Shown here in pieces: positions 49,631-57,385 of a stretch of 64,000 nucleotides of DNA (position 1 is its first letter; each line of letters starts with the position of its first letter). The stretch covers positions 832,566-896,565 of the forward strand of contig BPIR01000001.1 of NCBI GenBank assembly GCA_026004215.1. The letters are read 5' to 3'. The notes under the pieces were generated by a model. It was not told where the DNA came from, made no database searches, and saw nothing but the letters and a program-made list of their open reading frames with translations. A program made the translations under genes and the position numbers. Source of the DNA: Candidatus Binatia bacterium (GTDB taxonomy: Bacteria > Desulfobacterota > Binatia > HRBIN30).

Positions 49631-49870
49631 CACCGCGGGCAGGCACCAGGCCTGCCCCTACACACGTCGCCCGCAATCGCATCGTTTCCCCCGGCACCAC
49701 GGGCGTGTAGGGGCGACCCTTGTGGTCGCCCGGGGTTCCCCCGGGCACCGCGGGGGGGCGCCGGCACCGCGGGCAGGCACAAGGCCTGCCCCTACACACG
49801 TCGGCCGCAATCGCATCGTTTCCCCCGGCACCATGGGCGCGTAGGGGCGACCCTTGTGGTCGCCCGGGAC
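49631..49870. repeat. Tandem dimer of a 134-bp nested-palindrome repeat element
   Basis: Unit: caccgcGGGCAGGCacaagGCCTGCCCctacacacgtcg[g/c]ccgcaatcgcatcgtttcccccggcacca[c/t]gggcg[t/c]gtaGGGGCGACCcttgtGGTCGCCCgg. The period is 134 bp (49631→49765). It contains two 8-bp-stem hairpins plus an outer CCTACACACG/CGTGTAGG inverted repeat. Confidence 0.75.
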
Positions 49871-50373
49871 CGGTGTCCTCGCCGCCTGCTGAGCCCGGGC
49901 CAGGCCCAATCTGGACGGTGGCCGGGTGTGCCTGGCGGTGGCCAGCGATTTCCGGCAAGCACGGCACCGAGCAACGACGCCCAACTCGAGGCATCTACCA
50001 CAGACCCCCTCCAACCAGCCGGATTCACCACTTCACGGCAGGAGAGCCGCCGGGCGGTGGCGCCTCGAATCAAGTCCTCGACGCCGTAGTCGCCATCACG
50101 ATCGTAATCCACGTTCGGGCAACGCCGCGGTAGGCCACTCGCATCCGGCCACAACACATCGTCGCGGCCCTCGACCAACTCGGATGTGTCTACAACACCA
50201 TCTTCGTTACAATCCACTGGGCAGGCTCCCAGCCCCCATGCCGACCCGATCACCCATTGGAGGCACAAAAGAGGCCCGCCAAGCCCGAGTCGCAGCCAAC
50301 ACCTGACCCCCCCCCCCCCCCAACGCAGAGAAACTCTCTTGCGTGCGATCGGCAGCATGGGGATCCTCCCCAA
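49792..50373 (-). CDS. Small dockerin-like repeat ORF with G15 tract near its 5' end (the 3' part of the track ORF runs into the repeat element and is probably not coding)
   Basis: Dockerin-like repeats (DCNEDGVVDTSELV, DYDRDGDYGVEDLI). The N-terminal WGGGGV is encoded by the G15 tract. The C-terminal ~30 codons are a translation of repeat unit 2. Confidence 0.35.
   Translation of the reverse strand: MGRIPMLPIARKRVSLRWGGGGVRCWLRLGLGGPLLCLQWVIGSAWGLGACPVDCNEDGVVDTSELVEGRDDVLWPDASGLPRRCPNVDYDRDGDYGVEDLIRGATARRLSCREVVNPAGWRGSVVDASSWASLLGAVLAGNRWPPPGTPGHRPDWAWPGLSRRRGHRSRATTRVAPTRPWCRGKRCDCGRRV
50307..50321. repeat. C15/G15 homopolymer
   Basis: acctgaCCCCCCCCCCCCCCCcaacg is 15 consecutive C, the longest homopolymer in the window. 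It lies within the 5' coding region of the minus-strand ORF 49792..50373. Confidence 0.9.
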
Positions 50374-50583
50374 AGGCCATTTACGTTTACACCCACCGGC
50401 CGAATGGAGTCAAGCAGCGAGATAGGTCAGTGACCGCATCGCCGGGGCAAGGCCCCACCAAGGCTGGCCAACGATGCGCGTGCATGTCACGCACAGGCCG
50501 TTCCGTTACTCGGGCCATGATTGCCTAAACCTCGGCAGCGGGGACTTCCTATCGGTAACCGATGCGACACTCTACAAGGCGAG

Positions 50584-50835
50584 CCCGCGGGCGGCTCCCT
50601 CGGTATGGCGGATCCGGTGGCGGAGGGCCAGTGCCGCAAAGTACAGCGGCAGAGGCTCTACGGGCAACGTGTGCGCGGCCTCCGGGGGCACCCAGCCCGC
50701 ACGGGCCTGCTGCAAGAAGACGACGCTGTGCTTGCTCAACGAAACTGCCCACGGCGTCGCGCTGGGCACACCAAAACAGCAGCCATTGAGGAAACATCCC
50801 AGGTGAACGAACGCCACGCTCACCCAGGCCGGAGT
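50584..50835 (-). pseudogene. Internally deleted duplicate of the esterase-3'/lgt segment (lgt fragment pseudogene)
   Basis: 50584-50627 is ~90% identical to 46121-46161 (the esterase 3' end). It is joined directly to 50628-50830, which is ~95% identical to 46762-46964 (lgt codons for …VAFVHLGCFLNGCCFG…PWAVSL…). This means about 600 bp are missing relative to the parental locus. Confidence 0.6.
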
Positions 50836-50869
50836 CGTGAGCGCAATCGCCCACGGAAAGCGGGCGCGG

Positions 50870-51095
50870 GCACCACGGGCAGGCACAAGGCCTCCCCCTA
50901 CACACGTCGCCCGCGACCGCATCGTTTCGCCCGGTACCGTGGGCGTGTAGGGGCGACCCTTGTGGTCGCCCGGGGTTCCCCCGGGCACCGCGGGGGGGCG
51001 CGGGCACCGCGGGCAGGCACAAGGCCTGCCCCTACACACGTCGGCCGCAATCGCATCGTTTGCCCCCGGCACCACGGGCGCGCACACCCACACCT
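50870..51095. repeat. Second tandem dimer of the 134-bp nested-palindrome repeat element (second unit truncated)
   Basis: Same unit as 49631-49870, in the same orientation, with period 134 (50871→51005). The second unit degenerates after ...ggcaccacgggcg. Confidence 0.75.
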
Positions 51096-51193
51096 TCGGG
51101 CGACCGGCTCTATCCGAGACGGGAATGGGCAGGAAGACGACTCGTGCGCCCACCCGCTTGGCTCTCGCACGAACGTTGGGGTAAACAACGGCC

Positions 51194-52909
51194 ATGCTCG
51201 ACTGGCTCATTCGTGACGTGGAGATTTGCGACGGCACGGGGGGAAGACCACGTTTCCGCGGTGACATTGGCCTGCACGCTGGAGAGATCGTGGCCCTTGG
51301 CAAGGTGGACGAGAAGGCTCGCCGCACTCTCGATGCTTCCGGCCTTTTCGCGGCGCCCGGCTTTATTGACGTGCACACGCATTACGACTGCCAAATTTCG
51401 TGGGACCCGTATCTTACCCCCTCCGGGTGGCACGGCATCACGACGGTGGTGATGGGCAATTGTGGTTTCACCATTGCCCCCTGCCATCCCGACGATCGCG
51501 AAACGCTAATGCGGATGCTCCTGTACGTCGAAGGCATGCCCACCGCAGCCTTGGCCGCCGGCATCCGTTGGGAGTGGGAAAGTTTTCCCGACTACTTGGC
51601 TGCTCTCGAACGCTGGCAGCCGGCTCTCAACGTGGCCGCGTTCGTCGGGCATTCCGCGATCCGCTTCTTCGTCATGCGCGAGGCAGCCACGCAGCGCGCC
51701 GCTACAGACGAAGAATTGGAGGCGATGCGCTGCATCGTTCGCGAAGCCGTGCGCGCCGGGGCGTGGGGGCTTTCGAGTTCCGAATCGCCGACACACTTTT
51801 TCGGCGATGGCACGCCCGTGCCCAGTCGCGTGGCTCCGCGCGAGGAACTGCAGGCACTGGCCAGCGCTTTGCGCGCTTCGCCCCGCGGGGTGATCGAAAT
51901 TGCCCCGCGCAATCTCCTGGGAACCGCGGAGGACAAAATCCACGACCAGCAATTTTACGCAGAGCTCGCCGAACAAAGTGGCAAGCTTGTGAGCTGGGCG
52001 CCGCTGCTGCACAACCCGTTCGAGCCGGAAGGGGCGCTTCGGGTCATCGAAGATGCGGCCCGGTGGCAAGCGCGGGGAGTGAAAGTCGTCCCACAAGTGG
52101 GCTGCCGTCCGCTCGAAGTGCGGATCACCTTTGGGAGCAGCAGCATCGCAACGGAGAACAATCCTTTTTGGCGCCCGATTCTTGCGAAACCCGAAGCGGA
52201 GCGAAAAGCACTGCTGGCTAGCCCACAATTCCGCGACGAGTTGCGTTCGATGTCGCGCGGGGGAGGCTGGGTGGCGGCACTCGGGCCCTCGTGGAAGCAA
52301 ATTTTCCTGCGTTGGTCGCCCGCCCGCGAGCACGCGGCGTGGCTCGACCAAAGTGTGGCCGACATCGCTGCGGCACGCGGGCAGGACGAAGTGGATACTC
52401 TGCTCGACGTTTCCTTGGAAACCAATCTCGCTTGCCAGTGGGGAATCCCGATCATGAACACCGACGAGCACATTGTCGGTCAGCTTCTGCGCCACCCCGC
52501 AGGGCTACTCGCCCTGTCCGATGCGGGAGCGCACGTGGACACTCTGGCAGACCACAGTTTCTCGACCCACTTGCTCGGTCACTGGGTGCGAACGCTGGGC
52601 ATGTTGAGCTGGGAAGAAGCGGTGCGCTTGCTCACCTCGGTGCCGGCACGGTTGTACGGCATCCCGCAACGCGGTGAACTCCGCCCTGGCTTCGCAGCCG
52701 ACGTGGTGCTGTTCGATCCGCAGCGCGTCGGCCCGGCGAAAACAGAACTTTGGAACGATCTCCCCGGCGGGGCGCATCGCTTAGTACAGCCAGCACAGGG
52801 GGTCGAGTACGTCTTCGTGAACGGGGAGCCCATCGTGGAGCAAGGCCGGCCGACGGAAGCCCGGCCGGGAATCGTACTCGGTCGCAGCAATGGACGAGGT
52901 CACTGCTAG
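51194..52909 (+). CDS. N-acyl-D-amino-acid deacylase (D-aminoacylase) family amidohydrolase
   Basis: Metal-dependent amidohydrolase motifs (GFIDVHTHYD ... DAGAHVD). About 570 aa with the D-aminoacylase architecture. Confidence 0.8.
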   Translation: MLDWLIRDVEICDGTGGRPRFRGDIGLHAGEIVALGKVDEKARRTLDASGLFAAPGFIDVHTHYDCQISWDPYLTPSGWHGITTVVMGNCGFTIAPCHPDDRETLMRMLLYVEGMPTAALAAGIRWEWESFPDYLAALERWQPALNVAAFVGHSAIRFFVMREAATQRAATDEELEAMRCIVREAVRAGAWGLSSSESPTHFFGDGTPVPSRVAPREELQALASALRASPRGVIEIAPRNLLGTAEDKIHDQQFYAELAEQSGKLVSWAPLLHNPFEPEGALRVIEDAARWQARGVKVVPQVGCRPLEVRITFGSSSIATENNPFWRPILAKPEAERKALLASPQFRDELRSMSRGGGWVAALGPSWKQIFLRWSPAREHAAWLDQSVADIAAARGQDEVDTLLDVSLETNLACQWGIPIMNTDEHIVGQLLRHPAGLLALSDAGAHVDTLADHSFSTHLLGHWVRTLGMLSWEEAVRLLTSVPARLYGIPQRGELRPGFAADVVLFDPQRVGPAKTELWNDLPGGAHRLVQPAQGVEYVFVNGEPIVEQGRPTEARPGIVLGRSNGRGHC

Positions 52910-54524
52910 CCCTGCCGCAAGCGCACCGCTACTCACCGGCACCATCCCGGCCGCACTGCCGCGCGATTCCAACCTGCCCGCGTTGTTGACCGAGCAGGGC
53001 ACCTACACGTTCTCTACGCTCTCCACCGAGAGCCGTATGATCGCGCTTGCGCTGGCTCGCCTGGGCGTGCGCAAGGGAACACATGTCGGCGTGCTTCTTC
53101 CCAACGGCCCGGAGTGGATCACGACGGCGTGGGCGGTGTGGCAACTCGGAGCCACGTTGGTTCCGTTGAACACCCTGTGGACCGCGCCCGAACTGGGCCA
53201 CGCCCTCGATCTCGCCGACGTACAGTTGCTCGTGGCCACGCCCCATTTCCTCCGGCACGATTACGCCTCTGCGCTCGACTCCCTCGGCATCGAGCTCGAT
53301 CGCCGCGACGCACAAAGGGCAAGGTTTCCGTGCCTGCACACGATTGCCTGGTTGTCTGCGGCTCCTGTCGCAAGCGCAGTTTCCTTAGCAGCAGAAATGC
53401 GGCCTCTAACCGAGCGCGAACTCGAGTGGCTCGGTGCCCTGCAGGACACCATCGCTGCAACCGATCCGGCAGCAATTTTCTTTACCTCGGGAAGCGAGGC
53501 GGAACCGAAAGGGGTAATTCATACGCACGCCAGCATCCTCGCCGCAGCGCGGGGGATCGCAGACCGACTCGGTTTGGAATCGTCGGACCGGGTGTGGGCT
53601 TACTTGCCCTGGTTTTTCGCGGGCGGATTGGTGGCGGGTGTTGTCGCCCCGTGGCTCGTTCATGCCGCCGTGATCAGCCATGCCGTGTTCGATGCGGGCA
53701 AGGCCATTTCCTTGATGGAACAATTCCAAGCGACCACGTTCTTTGCCTGGCCGCATCAAGCCCATGCCATCATCGCCCACCCCGACTTTTCCGCCGCTCG
53801 CCTGCGGCTGTGCAAAGGCCCCGGAGCACAAACCGATTGGGCCGAGATCCTTTACGGCCCGAATCATCGAGCAGTGAGCTCCTGGGGAATGACCGAGACT
53901 GGGCCGATGGCCTCCACCACCGCCTACTCGGATCCGTTGGAGAAACGCCGCACGACCCATGGCCGCCCGCTGGCGGGCGTAGAGCTGCGCGTGATGGATC
54001 CCGAAACCGGACGGATCTTGCCCCCGAACGAAGAGGGTGAGCTTCTAGTGCGCGGGCCGACTGTCATGCTGCGCTACTGCAAGCGGCGCTGGCAAGATTG
54101 TTTCGACCGGCAAGGCTTCTTTCACACCGGCGACCGTGGTTGGATCGATCGCGACGGATACCTGCACTTCACGGGACGCATTCGGGATGTCATCAAAACC
54201 GCGGGCGTCAGTGTCTCTCCCTCGGAAATCGAAGCTGTCCTGCGCGGTTACCCGCACGTGCGCGCGGCGGCTGTGGTTGGCGCCAACGACCCGCGACGAG
54301 GCCAGTGCATTGTGGCTTTCGTCGTTGCCGCACCCAACGCGAGCGTGGGCGCACTCGACATCATTGCCTGGTGCCGCGAGCGGCTGGCCGCATACAAGGT
54401 GCCGCAATACGTGTTCTTCGTGAACGATCTGCCGACCCTTGGCAGTGGCAAGGTTCACAAGGCCGCTCTCGCCGCCCGAGCCAACGAACTCCTGGCGCAA
54501 GCCTCTACCGGCTCCAAAAGCTGA
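52890..54524 (+). CDS. AMP-dependent synthetase/ligase (acyl-CoA synthetase family)
   Basis: AMP-binding motifs (FFTSGSEAEPKGV, GMTETG, GDRGWIDRDGYLHFTGR). Overlaps the upstream gene by 20 bp. Confidence 0.8.
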   Translation: MDEVTASPAASAPLLTGTIPAALPRDSNLPALLTEQGTYTFSTLSTESRMIALALARLGVRKGTHVGVLLPNGPEWITTAWAVWQLGATLVPLNTLWTAPELGHALDLADVQLLVATPHFLRHDYASALDSLGIELDRRDAQRARFPCLHTIAWLSAAPVASAVSLAAEMRPLTERELEWLGALQDTIAATDPAAIFFTSGSEAEPKGVIHTHASILAAARGIADRLGLESSDRVWAYLPWFFAGGLVAGVVAPWLVHAAVISHAVFDAGKAISLMEQFQATTFFAWPHQAHAIIAHPDFSAARLRLCKGPGAQTDWAEILYGPNHRAVSSWGMTETGPMASTTAYSDPLEKRRTTHGRPLAGVELRVMDPETGRILPPNEEGELLVRGPTVMLRYCKRRWQDCFDRQGFFHTGDRGWIDRDGYLHFTGRIRDVIKTAGVSVSPSEIEAVLRGYPHVRAAAVVGANDPRRGQCIVAFVVAAPNASVGALDIIAWCRERLAAYKVPQYVFFVNDLPTLGSGKVHKAALAARANELLAQASTGSKS

Positions 54525-54645
54525 GGACTCCCGAGCCGTCGCGCCGCGATTCTACGGGCGTCTCGTCAGGCACCGTAAGAGGGGTGGCCGCCACGCGGCG
54601 CGTGCCTGGGCGGTGCCGAACAGGCCCAGCCGTGCGCCACACCCG

Positions 54646-55536
54646 TCACCGCAGCCGTTGGCGCAAAAACTCCCCGATGCGGTCTATGGCTTGCTGCCCT
54701 TCCGGCAGCATAGCCGCAAAGGCTTGCCAGACGTGGATCATGTCGTCCCACGCTTCCAGCGTGACCTCCACGCCCGCAGCGCGCGCCTTTTCCGCGAGGC
54801 GAAGCGAGTCGTCCAACAACGTTTCCGCCGTGCCCACTTGAATCAACAGGGGAGGTAAGTTGCGCAGGTCGGCGTACAACGGCGCCGCCAAAGGGGTACG
54901 CGGGTCCTGGCCACCAAGATACATCGCAGCCATCCGCAACAGGGCGTCGCGCTGGACCATGGGGTCCACGTCAGCCTTGCTCGCCATGGACTCGCCCAGA
55001 CCTTCCAGATCCACCCACGGCGACAAACACACCGCCGCTGCGGGCAGGGGAACCCCAGCCTCTCGCAGTGCGACCAATGTAGCGACCGTCAAGCCGCCAC
55101 CGGCGGAGTCACCGGCAATGGCCAGAGAGGCTGGCGGCACCCCTTGCGCCAGCAGCCAGCGATACGCCCGCACCGAGTCTTCCACGGCGGCTGGATGCGG
55201 ATGTTCCGGGGCCAGCCGGTAATCAATCAGCAGCACGCGGGCTCGCGCGGCACGCGCAATCCGCTGGGCAAGATCGCGGTGGGTACGAATGGAGCCAATG
55301 ACGTAACCACCTCCGTGCAAGTACAACACCACGCGTCCGGAGCCGCTTTCTGGCACTTTCACCCAGGCTGCTGGCACGCCGTCCGCATCCACCGGCATCA
55401 TCTCCACGTCCGGCGGCAGCGGGGCGATGCCAGCCATTGCTTCTAGGCCTGCCCGCATTTGTTCCACGGTGGGTTCTTCGAGCGGCCGCTGACTGCGCAG
55501 CATGTTCACGATCATGTTCAGAGCTTCACTCGCCAT
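54646..55536 (-). CDS. Alpha/beta hydrolase, HSL-family esterase/lipase
   Basis: HGGGY oxyanion motif and GDSAGG nucleophile elbow. The internal start MASEALNM was verified as CAT at 55534-55536. The 130-codon track extension is rejected. Confidence 0.8.
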   Translation of the reverse strand: MASEALNMIVNMLRSQRPLEEPTVEQMRAGLEAMAGIAPLPPDVEMMPVDADGVPAAWVKVPESGSGRVVLYLHGGGYVIGSIRTHRDLAQRIARAARARVLLIDYRLAPEHPHPAAVEDSVRAYRWLLAQGVPPASLAIAGDSAGGGLTVATLVALREAGVPLPAAAVCLSPWVDLEGLGESMASKADVDPMVQRDALLRMAAMYLGGQDPRTPLAAPLYADLRNLPPLLIQVGTAETLLDDSLRLAEKARAAGVEVTLEAWDDMIHVWQAFAAMLPEGQQAIDRIGEFLRQRLR

Positions 55537-55672
55537 GGTACCTCCCCTTGGATGCAAAAGGGCCAGCGTTGCGGAGCTTGTCGGCCAAAATCGCCTTCCA
55601 GTCAATGGTGCATGCCGCTGGCGGACTGGCCGGATCCCCCGGGATCCATCGGATCCGAGAAATCCACCAAGG

Positions 55673-56191
55673 TCATTCCTGGAACAAAGGGTACGTGTGC
55701 CGGTAAAGCCAGGGAGGAACCGGGTCGGGATCGGCCCACAGCCCGCGTTTTTGCCGCTTGGCTTCCGCTTCCAGCGCCTCGAGGTGGCGATCGTTGGAGT
55801 AGCGACGGTACCACCACGCCAAACCATTGCGCAGCAGTTCCTCGCACAGGTTCTTGCCGTCGGCCGTGCGGACGCGGGCAACAATGCGGTCGTAACGGTC
55901 CACCGCCCGCGGCTCGATGTGGACAACTTTGTCGATCACCAAGCGCGCCGTAAACGCGCGTGCTTCCCGCCCGTAGGGTTGGCGCAACTCCGGAGCATCT
56001 ACCTCGGCGAGGCGAATGCGAAGGTTGCGGCCGCCGTAGCGCACAACGAAGGTATCCCCGTCGCTCACCGCCACCACCGGTGCCTCGAACGACCGGTATG
56101 GTTGCCTGTGCCGTCTCGCCTCGGCTGGTGCACCGGCGAGCAGGAGCCAGAGAAACAACAGCGCCGCGGGCGTGCGGCAGAAGCGAGTCAC
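55673..56191 (-). CDS. Secreted thermonuclease (SNase/micrococcal nuclease-like)
   Basis: The motif ...VSDGDTFVVRYGGRNLRIRLAEVDAPE... plus a signal peptide. The start is uncertain and the ORF overlaps the mreB-like stop. Confidence 0.6.
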   Translation of the reverse strand: MTRFCRTPAALLFLWLLLAGAPAEARRHRQPYRSFEAPVVAVSDGDTFVVRYGGRNLRIRLAEVDAPELRQPYGREARAFTARLVIDKVVHIEPRAVDRYDRIVARVRTADGKNLCEELLRNGLAWWYRRYSNDRHLEALEAEAKRQKRGLWADPDPVPPWLYRHTYPLFQE

Positions 56192-57228
56192 CGGCGTTCG
56201 TCCTCCAAAGATGGGCGCACCCGCGAGTTGGCGATCAGCTCCTCGTACTCGTCGCGGTTCTTCAAGATTTCGATGAGGCCGCGCATGACGCACATCAAAG
56301 GATCGTCGGCAATGCGCACTTTGAGCCCCATGGCCTCACGCAGTCGTTCCGGCCAACCGCGTAACAACGCCCCGCCTCCCACCATGGCGGCACCGTCGGT
56401 GTATACGTCGGCGGCCAGTTCGGGCGGCAATCGCTCCACGCAACGCCGCACCGCATCCGTAATGTTGCGCGCAACGCCTTCCAGAGCCTCGCGCACCTCC
56501 GATACGCGCACCGATAGTCGCTGGGGCTTGCCGGTGCGGGAGTTGAGACCTTTGACTTCAAAGGTGGCGTCGCCCACCCCGTTCGGATACACGGCACCGT
56601 AGCGAATCTTGATTTGCTCCGCCGTGTTTTCCCCGATGGCAAAGTTGTACCGGTTGCGAAAAAATGCCTGAACGGCTTGATCCATGGCGTTCCCGGCCAT
56701 GCGCAATGACTCGCAGTGCACGATGTCGTTGAGGGACAGGGTGGTCACCTCCGTCGTGCCGCCGCCGATGTCGATCACCAAGTTGCCCCGCGGTTCGCTA
56801 ATCGGCAGGCCGGCCCCCAGAGCCGCCGCGAACGGTTCGCGCACCAGGTCTACACGGTGGCTCCCGGCCGCCTCCGCCTCGCGCACGAGCGCCTCCATCT
56901 CCACAGCAGTGGCGCCGTACGGCACGCACACGATGACGTGTTTGCGCTGAAACCAACGGCCGCGCGACGCCTGGCGAATGTAGTGTGCCAGCAAGGCACG
57001 GGCGGCGCCAAAATCTGCGATCACTCCGTCACGCAGCGGCCGAACGACTTCGATGAAATCGGGCGCACGACCTAGCATCGTACGCGCGCGCTCTCCAAAG
57101 GCCACTGCCTCTCCCGTAGCCTTTTTCAATGCCACCGCCGAAGGCTCACGCAAAACAATCCCTTTGTCCTGCGTGTACACCAGCGAATACGTGGTCCCTA
57201 AGTCGATGGCAATGCGATGCCAAAACAT
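56188..57228 (-). CDS. mreB: Rod shape-determining protein MreB-like (actin-fold ATPase)
   Basis: The motifs IAIDLGTTYS...VIDIGGGTTEV... follow the MreB consensus. The start was chosen at MFWHRIAIDLGT. Confidence 0.8.
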   Translation of the reverse strand: MFWHRIAIDLGTTYSLVYTQDKGIVLREPSAVALKKATGEAVAFGERARTMLGRAPDFIEVVRPLRDGVIADFGAARALLAHYIRQASRGRWFQRKHVIVCVPYGATAVEMEALVREAEAAGSHRVDLVREPFAAALGAGLPISEPRGNLVIDIGGGTTEVTTLSLNDIVHCESLRMAGNAMDQAVQAFFRNRYNFAIGENTAEQIKIRYGAVYPNGVGDATFEVKGLNSRTGKPQRLSVRVSEVREALEGVARNITDAVRRCVERLPPELAADVYTDGAAMVGGGALLRGWPERLREAMGLKVRIADDPLMCVMRGLIEILKNRDEYEELIANSRVRPSLEDERR

Positions 57229-57385
57229 GGCGCCCTCCCTATCGCACTGCCCTGCGCGGTGAGCAACGGACCAGTAATCGTGTGTTTCTCGCCGCCTGCC
57301 CCTCATGCAACCGGCTTCCGCACTCTGCCTTTGCTCGTGAGCCGGCTTGACCTTTTACCTAACGAGCCGTTACGCTCGCGGGCCC

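Noticed and set aside
49631-51095. CRISPR array interpretation of the 134-bp repeats
   Set aside because: The repeat length (134 bp) and only two tandem units per site are inconsistent with CRISPR, which uses 24-48-bp repeats with unique spacers. No cas genes are present.
49508-51216. Track ORFs 49508..50089, 49548..49994, 49658..50014, 50521..51216, 50549..51022
   Set aside because: These are translations of the 134-bp repeat units in various frames, which is why they share peptide strings such as GRPCTHVGRNRIV. They are not genes.
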